A DNA stretch of 61,203 nt, filler included, from a candidate division TA06 bacterium SM23_40 (GTDB taxonomy: Bacteria; LJUI01; SM1-40): assembly GCA_001303705.1 (NCBI GenBank). It is 6 parts of 6 records of this genome, joined end to end, with 100 filler letters (N's around TTAATTAATTAA, not from the genome) between each part and the next. Parts side by side here need not be neighbours in the genome. Positions count along the whole stretch, not along the records: positions 38,556 to 45,573 come from LJUI01000135.1; positions 45,674 to 54,524 come from LJUI01000136.1; 4 more parts are not named here. One strand, 5' to 3'. How positions within the stretch are numbered: the stretch's first letter is position 1; each line of letters opens with the position of its first letter. The notes beneath the pieces were generated by a model. The model did not search any database. It saw only the letters and a program-made list of their open reading frames with translations, and had not been told where the DNA came from. Of the stretch, positions 38,822 through 47,450 are shown piece after piece. The translations under genes were made by a program, and so were the position numbers.

Positions 38822-40306
38822 GTGAGCGTATTGCTCATCAACCCCCCTGTCTTCTTGCTCGCGCGTGATATGCGTTCAGGTGCCGGGATTCCGTCCGGCC
38901 TTCTCTCGATCGCGGCCGTGCTCAATGCCCACGGGTACCGGGCTCTGGTGTACAACGCCGATTTCGAGGGTTCAGTGAGAGCGAGGTCCGGACGGCGAGG
39001 GCATGCGAGCAGGGGGTTGGGTGCACAGGAGATATGGAGCTCCGTGCGGGAAGTGATGAGGGAGCATCGTCCCGGGGCTGTGGGGATATCGTTCGCCACG
39101 GGCGGGCTAGCACCTGCAATCGAGCTAGCCAGGCTCGTCAAGGAGATCGATCCGGGGGTATGGGTGATCGCGGGGGGCATCCATCCCACGGCCCGGCCTG
39201 AGGAGGTACTCTCCTCCCCCGGATTCGATGTGGCGGTGTGCGGTGAGGGGGAATACACCACCCTCGAGGTGATCCGGGCGCGGGAACAGGGACGGCCGCT
39301 CGGGGATGTCCCGGGGATCGCGTACCGTGATGAGGGGAGGGTGGTAGGGACGGGGCGAAGATCCCGTATCGACGACCTCGATCAGATTCCCGTCGACTAT
39401 CGAGACTTGCTGATCGATGTCGATCTCTATCCCCGGGAGGCGCTGGGATATATCTGGACGTCTCGGGGATGTCCATTCAGCTGCGCGTATTGCTCATCTG
39501 CGATTATCTGGGGTGGGGAGGTCCGATTCCGCAGCCCCGAGCACGTAGTTGAGGAGCTCGGTCACGTCTTCGGGCGGTACGGGGTCCGTGACTTTCGCTT
39601 CATTGACGACAACTTCACCTACCATCCCCGACGCGTGACCCGGATCTGTGAGGGCATCCTCGACCGAGGACTGAGGATATCGTGGTCCTGCTGTTCGCGG
39701 GCCGATCTGGCGATGAAGTTTTCCCCTGACCTGCTACGACTCATGCGTCGATCGGGATGTCGGCGTATCTGCATCGGATTCGAATCAGGGTCTCAACAGA
39801 TCCTGGACTCGGTGGGCCGCGGGGTCTCTCTTTCCGATATGGCGGTCACCCTGGGAGCGATGAAGCGGGCTGGTATCGGCATCCATGCGGACTTCATTAT
39901 CGGGATGCCCGGGGAGAGCAGCACCAGTCTGGCGGCCACGTTCGATCTGGTGCGCCGGGTAGGTGAGGGTGCTGGAGCGACTCTGAGTATTGCTCGCTTT
40001 CGCCCGTACCCGGGGACGCCGCTGTCGGAGGATCAGGCTTCCCGCGATCCCGGCGCCCGGACGGTTGCGGCTCCGGGCCGGGATCAACCGGTCACGGACG
40101 GGGAGATCGACCGCTGGGTGGAGATGGCGAGACAATACGCCGAGGTACACAATGTGCGCGTGCTGGCGCGCAGCCCGACGTTCGTCCTTGGCCGGCTCAG
40201 GGAGAATCTCCGATCTCCGCGGGGGATGGCGGGACTCGTCTCACGAGTAGTGCGTTCCTATCTTGCCCGCTCCAGGCCGCCGGCCGGGCCCTGTTGTCGG
40301 CAATAA
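38822..40306 (+). CDS. B12-binding domain radical SAM protein
   Basis: VLLINPP start, IAGGIHPT, GEGE, TSRGCPFSCAYC, DDNF, GFESGSQ, FIIGMPGE, PYPGT. Confidence 0.92.
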   Translation: MSVLLINPPVFLLARDMRSGAGIPSGLLSIAAVLNAHGYRALVYNADFEGSVRARSGRRGHASRGLGAQEIWSSVREVMREHRPGAVGISFATGGLAPAIELARLVKEIDPGVWVIAGGIHPTARPEEVLSSPGFDVAVCGEGEYTTLEVIRAREQGRPLGDVPGIAYRDEGRVVGTGRRSRIDDLDQIPVDYRDLLIDVDLYPREALGYIWTSRGCPFSCAYCSSAIIWGGEVRFRSPEHVVEELGHVFGRYGVRDFRFIDDNFTYHPRRVTRICEGILDRGLRISWSCCSRADLAMKFSPDLLRLMRRSGCRRICIGFESGSQQILDSVGRGVSLSDMAVTLGAMKRAGIGIHADFIIGMPGESSTSLAATFDLVRRVGEGAGATLSIARFRPYPGTPLSEDQASRDPGARTVAAPGRDQPVTDGEIDRWVEMARQYAEVHNVRVLARSPTFVLGRLRENLRSPRGMAGLVSRVVRSYLARSRPPAGPCCRQ

Positions 40307-40320
40307 TCTAGAGAATTCTA

Positions 40321-40350
40321 TTGACAGGACGGGCATCGGTGGGGTACAAT
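40321..40350 (+). promoter_or_regulatory. Sigma70-type promoter
   Basis: TTGACA-18 nt-TACAAT. Confidence 0.7.
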
Positions 40351-40437
40351 CCCTGGGCGAGGAGAAGCGGCTCGATTGCCTGATACGAGCCTTTGGGTCT
40401 CGAGGTGGGGTATCAGCATCGTTCGAGGGGGCGCACA

Positions 40438-40941
40438 ATGAAGAAGATCATGAATGAGAAGAGACGGCTCATAGGGGTTCTTGCACTGATCGCTCTGACG
40501 GCGGGCATGCTTGCCTGGCAGGTGCAGGCGTCGAACATAGAGAAAGAGGATGCGCGGAGGGAGTTCGGGGAGGCGTACGTGGAGATCGACCAGGTCTTCA
40601 CAGACTACCAGTACTACTATCCCGGCGACCCGGTCCTGGTGACGGTGATCTGGACCTACGTCAATACCATCATACCGGGAATGCCGTTCGATTTCGATGT
40701 CACCCTGGGGATCGCGCGCAATAATCCGCCGTACTACGGCGGCCTGCAGACGGCCGAGGTCAACTGCGACAACTACATCCCGGGAACCTACTATACCTCA
40801 CACTGCCTCACGATTCCGTGGACCGCGCCGTCCGGCATCGAGGGTATCTGTGGGGCCAAGGTGACGCCTGAACCACCGTACCAGAGCCACGGCACTGGCA
40901 CGGTGCAAGGAAACGTCTTCCATATTATGGAGTGGGAGTAG
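40438..40941 (+). CDS. Secreted small Ig-like protein
   Basis: Signal peptide, TDYQYYYPGDPVLVTV (macroglobulin-domain-like) and LTIPWTAPSG motifs. Confidence 0.75.
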   Translation: MKKIMNEKRRLIGVLALIALTAGMLAWQVQASNIEKEDARREFGEAYVEIDQVFTDYQYYYPGDPVLVTVIWTYVNTIIPGMPFDFDVTLGIARNNPPYYGGLQTAEVNCDNYIPGTYYTSHCLTIPWTAPSGIEGICGAKVTPEPPYQSHGTGTVQGNVFHIMEWE

Positions 40942-41039
40942 CCCGGCCGCCGACTCGCAGGATTCGAGACACCCACCTCGCGGATGATACGTCTGCATGG
41001 AACGTAATCTGCGAGGTGTTCCTTTTCCGGAGATGACAC

Positions 41040-42440
41040 GTGAGTGGCGCGGGCCGGCGCTCGTCCTGTGGTATGGAGAGTGCGCGGACTGAGCAGGTTC
41101 TGGAGGATTTCGTGATCCGCCCGGTACGATCATTCAGTCTCGTTAGGTCTGCCCTCGGTGTCCTGCACCTGGTCGCCCTCCTCGCGTGCGTTGGCGCTGC
41201 AGACGCACGGATAGAGGGAGAGTTCCAGCTCAACACCTGGGTCGCGGGGGATCAGGAGCGGCCGGCGGTCGCCTCGCATCCGGCCGAGGGGTGGGTCGCG
41301 GTCTGGCAATCTGGTGAACAGGATGGCGACTGCTACGGCGTGTACGGAAGGCTCTTTGCCCCGGAGGGAGAGCCGGACGGAGAGGAATTCCGTGTCAATG
41401 TCGACACGATCGGATGCCAGATGTTTCCCCGCATTGATTCCGACCCGACAGGCAGGTTTGTCGTCGTCTGGCAATCGTGGGGGCAGGATGGTTCTGGATA
41501 CGGGATATTCGGGCGTCGCTTCGATGATGAGGGCACCCCTCTCGGGCCGCCGTTTCAGATCAACATCTGGACTGCCGGCAACCAGGAGCGACCGGCGGTT
41601 GCGACACAGAGTGATGGCTCGTTCCTCGTAGTCTGGCAGTCTTCCGCACAGGATGGATCGAGCTATGGGGTGTACGGGCAGGAATTCGATGAGGAGGGCA
41701 ACCCGACGGGCGAGGAGTTCGGTGTCAATGTGGAGACCGAGGGGTGGCAGGGCAATCCCGATCTGGCCATCGGGCCTGCGGGGACATGGGTTGTTGTCTG
41801 GGAATCGGAGAACGGCGACGGCAATGGGTTCGGTATCCTGGCCAGGCGCTTCGGAGCCGCGGGCATTCCGCTCGGCCCTGAGATCGCAGTCAACGAGCAC
41901 CTCATCAATGATCAGATCCTCCCCGCTGCGGGCGTCGATAGCCAGGGCAACCTCATCGTCGTCTGGTCGTCGGAGGATCAGGATGGCCATCGGTTCGGCG
42001 TCTATGCGAGGCGGTTCTCGTCCGAGTTGGTGCCCCTGGGCGAAGAATTCCAAGTGAATACCTACACCTACAAGGATCAGATGGGCCCGAGCGTGGCCGT
42101 GACCCCTGATGGGCAGTTCGCAGTCCTCTGGATGTCATCGTTTCAGGACGGGAGCGGTCTGGGAGTATTCGGTCAGGTCTATCTGGCCAACGGGCAGCCG
42201 TTGGGAAGCGAGTTCCAGGTGAACGAGTATACCGATCTCTATCAGTCATTCCCCCGGGCGGCGTGCGATACAGGATGTCTGGTCATCGTCTGGCAGTCCG
42301 ATGTTCAGGACGGGGACGGGTACGGTATCTGGGCTCGTGCTTACCAGATGGCCGAGCTGGGTGGGGACAGTGAGAGGATCGCGCGGCCGCACGGAGCGCA
42401 ACATGCCGGGACGGGATCGAATCTGCCCGCGAAGGAATAG
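41040..42440 (+). CDS. Secreted seven-repeat (EFQVN-type) probable beta-propeller protein; start uncertain
   Basis: Seven ~57-aa repeats G.EF.VN....Q..P.VA....G.FVVVWQS..QDG...GVY; hydrophobic signal ending GAADA. Confidence 0.85.
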   Translation: MSGAGRRSSCGMESARTEQVLEDFVIRPVRSFSLVRSALGVLHLVALLACVGAADARIEGEFQLNTWVAGDQERPAVASHPAEGWVAVWQSGEQDGDCYGVYGRLFAPEGEPDGEEFRVNVDTIGCQMFPRIDSDPTGRFVVVWQSWGQDGSGYGIFGRRFDDEGTPLGPPFQINIWTAGNQERPAVATQSDGSFLVVWQSSAQDGSSYGVYGQEFDEEGNPTGEEFGVNVETEGWQGNPDLAIGPAGTWVVVWESENGDGNGFGILARRFGAAGIPLGPEIAVNEHLINDQILPAAGVDSQGNLIVVWSSEDQDGHRFGVYARRFSSELVPLGEEFQVNTYTYKDQMGPSVAVTPDGQFAVLWMSSFQDGSGLGVFGQVYLANGQPLGSEFQVNEYTDLYQSFPRAACDTGCLVIVWQSDVQDGDGYGIWARAYQMAELGGDSERIARPHGAQHAGTGSNLPAKE

Positions 42441-42454
42441 ACGTGAGGAGAGCG

Positions 42455-43516
42455 ATGCTAAGATTGGTCCTTATCCTGCTCACCTGCTTGCTGACAGCCC
42501 CTGCCGTCTGCTGCGCACAGTCGGTCTTCATCTGGAAGATGGAGACCGAGTCAATCGTCGATCCGGACGGCGGCGGGTCGGTGCAGCAAGATTATGCTGT
42601 GAAGCGTGCACTCGACGAGCTGGAGCTCGTCTATGAGGTGGGTAGAGATCTCCCGGAAGATCTGTCGCCGTACCGGGTCATCTTCGTCCTCATGGGATGG
42701 TGGTGCTGAGGCGGGGGCGGAGCTACGATTGCTCCGGAGGAGCAATTGCGATTGACCTCGTTCCTCGACGATGGCTGCGGCCTGTACATCGAGGGGAATG
42801 ACTTCGGCATGCACCATCACGCGTGTTCGCTGTACGGGTACTTCGGCTGCGCATATCTCGGCGATGGCAACAACTACTACAACGTCGCCCGCCTCGACGG
42901 TCAGGCCGGGAGCCTGGCAGAGGGTATGGTCTTTCACATGCTCTATGGTCAGGAGCCCGACATATTTCCCGACGAAATAGGCAATGCCGGCGGCGCTCTG
43001 TTGTTCTTGTCTCAGGACGGCATCGGCCGCGGCGTGCAGCACAGTCCTCTGGGGTATGAGTATCGGGCGATCCACCTCACCGTGCCCTTCGGCGCCCTTA
43101 TCGACGAGGAGTCCACCAAGTCTCAGCTCATGGCTCGATATGTCGACTTCCTCTGGAGCACAATCCACGTCGGGGTGGACCCGGATACGACGCTCATCCC
43201 CCAGGGCGGGATTCTCGAGTACGACTGGTCTCTGGTGAACAACTCCGGTGTGCCTCAGTCGGTCTGGGCACGATCCCGCGTGAGGCTCCCCGGGGGGACG
43301 GTCCTTCCCCTCCTCGGGCCGGTTCCGGTCACCCTCGGGCCCGGGCAGCAGGTGAGCGGACACCGGGTGCACGGGGTCCCGGCAAACGCGCCGATCGGTG
43401 AGTATGTGTACATCGTCGAAGTCGGTGTGCCGCCCGACAGCCTCATCGACCAGGCCAGATTCGCGTTCAGCGTGGAGAGCGGGATGAGAGTGGATGGCGC
43501 TTCTGGTTCCGACTGA
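42455..43516 (+). CDS. Putative secreted selenoprotein (in-frame UGA at 42707-42709) with shared C-terminal domain
   Basis: ORFs 42443-42709 and 42746-43516 are in the same frame, separated only by one TGA. Read-through gives ...IFVLMGWWC-U-GGGGATIAPEEQLRLTSFLDDG. A hairpin follows the TGA. Confidence 0.75.
42726..42748 (+). promoter_or_regulatory. Candidate bacterial SECIS element
   Basis: CGATTGCTCC-GGA-GGAGCAATTG, a 10-bp stem with one G-U pair. The loop starts with G, and 26 nt separate it from the UGA. Confidence 0.6.
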
Positions 43517-43694
43517 TCGAGCGCGAGGGCGCGTTACAGACGTCGCATTTGATAGTACGCGATGCAGCTTCCCGGCATCGCCTTGTCGGGGGCGGGGCGT
43601 GCGAGCTCGGGGGAGTTGACCAGTACACGGACCTCCTGGAGGGGAGGGTATGCTCCTCCCACGCGGAGGAGCGACAGCGGAAGGGAGGCGGAAC

Positions 43695-44789
43695 ATGAAG
43701 TGGGCAGTGGCGATAGCGTGTGCGGCTCTGATCCTTGCGCAGGCCGCATCCGGAACCATCATCCGCGTTCCGGAAGACTACTCGACGATTCAGGCCGGGA
43801 TCAACGCGGCCTCGTTCGGGGATACGGTCCTGGTCGGGCCAGGGCTGTATGAGGAGACGATAACTCTTGCCTACGGGGTGTACGTGACGAGCGAATACGG
43901 ACCTGCCTACACGGAGATCACCGCACACGGTCATATCATAACCGGAGCGGACAGCAGCGTGTTCGAGGGTTTCCGCGTCACCAACGACGGCCTGGGGACC
44001 AGCTGGGGGTACGGGTGGTCTGAGTCGACTACGATCATCCGCCGCAATGTCTTCATCGGCCACTACGTGGGCCTTCACTGCGGGCAGACGGGAAGTGCGG
44101 AGACGATCGTCAACAATGTGATAACCGATAATGCGCATAGCGGTATCACGTTCGGATGGGATGCGGCGCCGATTATCGAGAACAACATCGTCTACGACAA
44201 CAATGCTGGCCTACATCACTACGGTACGGGATACGCGCCGACGATCGACTACAACGACGTCTGGAACAACGTCACTAACTACAGCAACGTGACGCCCGGC
44301 CCCAACGACATCAGCGCCGATCCGAATTTCCTCAACACGGCCAAGCGAGACTGGAGGCTCCTCTGGCCTTCTCCCTGCATCGATGCGGGCAATCCGGCTA
44401 CACACTATAACGATCCGGATGGGACGAGGAATGACATCGGCGCGTACTACTTTCATCAGGGAGGGCCGGCCGCGATCTACCTCACTCCGGATACGACGAC
44501 CGTCGCGAGGGGGGGCTCACTGGGGGTGACCTACACTGCGATCAACCCAAGTCCGACGCAGCCCCTGTCGTTCTACGCGAAGACAGAGGCGACGCTCCCG
44601 AACGGTAATCCCTTCCCGGTCTTCCTGAAACAGGCGGGTCTCGGTCCGGGGGAGACGAAGCAGGTGTACATAACGCACACGGTCCCCATGGCGGCTCCGC
44701 TCGGGCTCTATCTGTACACCACCTATATCGGGGTGCCGCCCAACACGCTGTGGGACACGGATGTCTTCCCATTCAGCGTAGAGCCGTAG
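43695..44789 (+). CDS. Secreted beta-helix protein with shared C-terminal domain
   Basis: Signal peptide, VPEDYSTIQAGINAA, NNVI..N repeats, SPCIDAG, C-terminal HTVPMAAPLGLYLY...DTDVFPFSVEP. Confidence 0.9.
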   Translation: MKWAVAIACAALILAQAASGTIIRVPEDYSTIQAGINAASFGDTVLVGPGLYEETITLAYGVYVTSEYGPAYTEITAHGHIITGADSSVFEGFRVTNDGLGTSWGYGWSESTTIIRRNVFIGHYVGLHCGQTGSAETIVNNVITDNAHSGITFGWDAAPIIENNIVYDNNAGLHHYGTGYAPTIDYNDVWNNVTNYSNVTPGPNDISADPNFLNTAKRDWRLLWPSPCIDAGNPATHYNDPDGTRNDIGAYYFHQGGPAAIYLTPDTTTVARGGSLGVTYTAINPSPTQPLSFYAKTEATLPNGNPFPVFLKQAGLGPGETKQVYITHTVPMAAPLGLYLYTTYIGVPPNTLWDTDVFPFSVEP

Positions 44790-44861
44790 GGGGACGCTCT
44801 CCAGGGACCCGGGGGGAATCCCATCGATGCCGCCTGCAGCGTCGTTGAGCCGATGGAAAAG

Positions 44862-44894
44862 GAGCCGGGGCGAACGGTATGTTCGCCCCGGCTC
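44862..44894. terminator. Hairpin, probable terminator
   Basis: GAGCCGGGGCGAAC-GGTAT-GTTCGCCCCGGCTC. Confidence 0.65.
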
Positions 44895-45178
44895 TCAATC
44901 GTTAGCCGCCCCCTGCGACGATGCGCTGCACAAGGGGCGGTAGCCCGGGCCTGGGGGCAGACAAGATGCTCGTTGACACGACGTCGATGCTGTGTTATGT
45001 GAGACATTGATGCGAGCCCATCTCAGAGGCTGAGTGTGGGGGAATGCAGCGAACTCGCGAAGGCTGGCTGCGGCACGTGAGCCGGCTTTTCCCCGGCGGC
45101 CACGGCGGGCAGGTGCCCCGGTGGACTGAGGAGTCCGATCCGGATGCCCGCACGCCAACCTGAAGGAGCAGATGTAGC

Positions 45179-45573
45179 ATGAAATACCCTGTGAGGGCTG
45201 CCTGGTTCGGCGGCATCGCGCTCATCATTTCAGGCTCCTGGGCCATCTCGACGCCGCTCGTCCAGTATGCGGCGGCCGGGGAGTATGCGACGCAGAATGA
45301 GTCGGCAGGTGCGGAACGTGCGTACGATGGTCCTGCCTATGCGGATACGTCGGCAGGTGAGGAACGTGCGTACGAGGGTCCTGCATATGCGGATGAGTCG
45401 GCAGGTGAGGAACGTGTGGACAAGGGTCCTGCGTATGCGGATGAGTCGATAGGTGAGGAGCGTGTGGACGAGGGTCCTGCGTATGCGGATGAGTCGGTGG
45501 GTGAGGAACCGGGGCATGAAGAGCCGGCATATACGATTGAAGGGATCGAGGTCATCGCCTCTCCCATCATCGA
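45179..45573 (+). CDS. Probable TonB-dependent receptor N-terminus with acidic repeats (3' truncated)
   Basis: RBS AAGGAG, signal peptide, acidic repeats, then the TonB-box-like IEGIEVIASPII at the contig edge. Confidence 0.55.
45299..45538 (+). repeat. Five 48-bp (16 aa) coding tandem repeats
   Basis: Unit ~GAGTCGGCAGGTGAGGAACGTG.G.ACGAGGGTCCTGC.TATGCGGAT, encoding ESAGEERxxEGPAYAD. Confidence 0.93.
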
Positions 45574-45673
45574 NNNNNNNNNNNNNNNNNNNNNNNNNNN
45601 NNNNNNNNNNNNNNNNNTTAATTAATTAANNNNNNNNNNNNNNNNNNNNNNNNNNNNNNNNNNNNNNNNNNNN
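45574..45673. other. Artificial contig linker
   Basis: N-TTAATTAATTAA-N. Confidence 0.98.
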
Positions 45674-47036
45674 AGGACCGGGGCGGAATATCGGCAATGA
45701 AGAGCTCGGGAAGTCCCTCCTCGGTAAACCTGTTGACCGGACTCATACACAGGCCGTACCCGTGTGGGAACTTGAGGCGGAGATTGACCCAGGTCTGGGC
45801 CTCGGCGGGAAGTTGCTGCTGGGAGAGTTCGCGAGCCGAGAGCATGACCTGGCGGTAGCTCCCATCGATCAGATAGCGATCGACGTCGACGTCATTGAAA
45901 TCGTAGTACAACCGGATCTCCTGTATCTGGCTGTAGGTAGACCGGAGCGGGCGCCAGTCCCACAGCCTGATGTTGTCGATCGTCTGCCGGTTCTGCTCCA
46001 GGTCTCGGAGCGTCAGGTCATCCCGTATGTCGAGTGCGCGCTCCTCAACCGAGTCGAGGCCGTAGGCCAGGCGGGTGAACTCGATGTTGTGCCTCAGATA
46101 GGGTTCCTCCTTCACGGCTTCGTTCGGCTCGACGACGAATTTCTGAAGGAGTGCGGGATAGATTCCGCCGAGGACGATTGCTGCGATGACGAGGAGGCCG
46201 AATGAGAGGAGAGCCGGACGCCAGTTCCGGATGATGAGGGCGGCGATGAGAGCAGCGGCGGTGAGGAAGCTCAGAACTAAGAGGATGCGGAGCGCGACCA
46301 GTTGGGCGTGGATGTCGGTGTAGCTCGCGCCGAATGCCACGCCGCGCGGGGAGTATAGGAGGCGGTACATGCCGAGACGATATCCCCACGCCTTGAGGAC
46401 GAAGAATAGAGCGAGAAGGATGAATAGGTGGCGTCGCACAGGCGGAGGTACGAACAGACTCCTTCCCAGCATCCGGATCCTGCCTCCGTACAGGTAGATG
46501 AGCGTTGCTGTCAGCCCCGCGACGACGAGCATCCCCATGAGCCAGTTGCGCAGAAAGCTGACGAGCGGCAGTGAGAATACATAGTACCCTACATCCGACT
46601 GGAAGACGGGGTCGCTCACGCCGAAGGGGGAGCGATAGATGAACCGGAGCACGGTGTCCCACTTCGCGGTCGCCCCCATGCCGACGAATACAGTTATGAG
46701 GAGGATTCCGAAGATGAGGAGGAGATTGATCTGACGCGCAGGTAGCTGAGGGATCTCTATAATCTCCCCCTGGGGTGTCCGGAAGATAACTCGTTCAGGG
46801 CGTGGCGCGAGACTGCGCGCGACGAGAGCATTCGTGCCGATGATGATGAGGGCGAGGGCGCCGAACGCAAGGCCGGTCCCTATTCTCGCGAAGATGACTT
46901 TGAGGAAGACGGATGTATAGCCGACTGCCCCGAACCAGAGCCAGTCGGCATAGATTCCGAGCCAGGCTCCTGCTACCAGCACGAGGAGGAAGATGACGGC
47001 GGCAGCGACGATGTAGGGGACGATCTTCCTGCTCAT
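45674..47036 (-). CDS. UPF0182 family membrane protein (3' truncated)
   Basis: DWLWF..VGY..VF, DPVF..DVGYYVFSLP, GASYTD, V.PNE..KE.PY...NI..TR.AYGL, NIRLWD, DVDRY. Confidence 0.92.
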
Positions 47037-47290
47037 GGGACCTCCGACGTGAGGGGCGTCCTGTGGCGCGTGTCTGTGGGCTGGAGAGCTTACCTGTCGG
47101 GCACCCCGGCGCGCCAGAAAGAGGGGTACTCGCGAGCACCGGGATATCTCGCCATCCGAGAGAGGAGTATAGTCAGCCTCTTCTCGGGGTGTCAAGGAAA
47201 AGAATGGGCAGCCCCTGCGCGGGAATCACAGGATCGATCCTGTCCACGTGAGATCAAAGTGGAGAGCGAACAGGACGACGGGGGATGATC

Positions 47291-47397
47291 GAGGGGACAG
47301 GGAGAAGCAATTGAGGGGACAGGGAGAAGCAATTGAGGGCACAGGGAGAAGCAATTGAGAGCACAGGGAGAAGCAATTGAGAGCACGGGGAGGCGAT
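47291..47397. repeat. 22-bp tandem repeat, about 4.8 copies
   Basis: Unit GAG(G/A)G(G/C)ACAGGGAGAAGCAATT. Confidence 0.92.
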
Positions 47398-47450
47398 CGA
47401 GGGCTCGGGGGGAGAATGGAGGGCAGAGCGGGAGCGATAGGGGGGCGGAA

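Noticed and set aside
47291-47397. CRISPR array
   Set aside because: The units are directly adjacent with no unique spacers and there are no cas genes; the same applies to 45299-45538 and 53347-53401.
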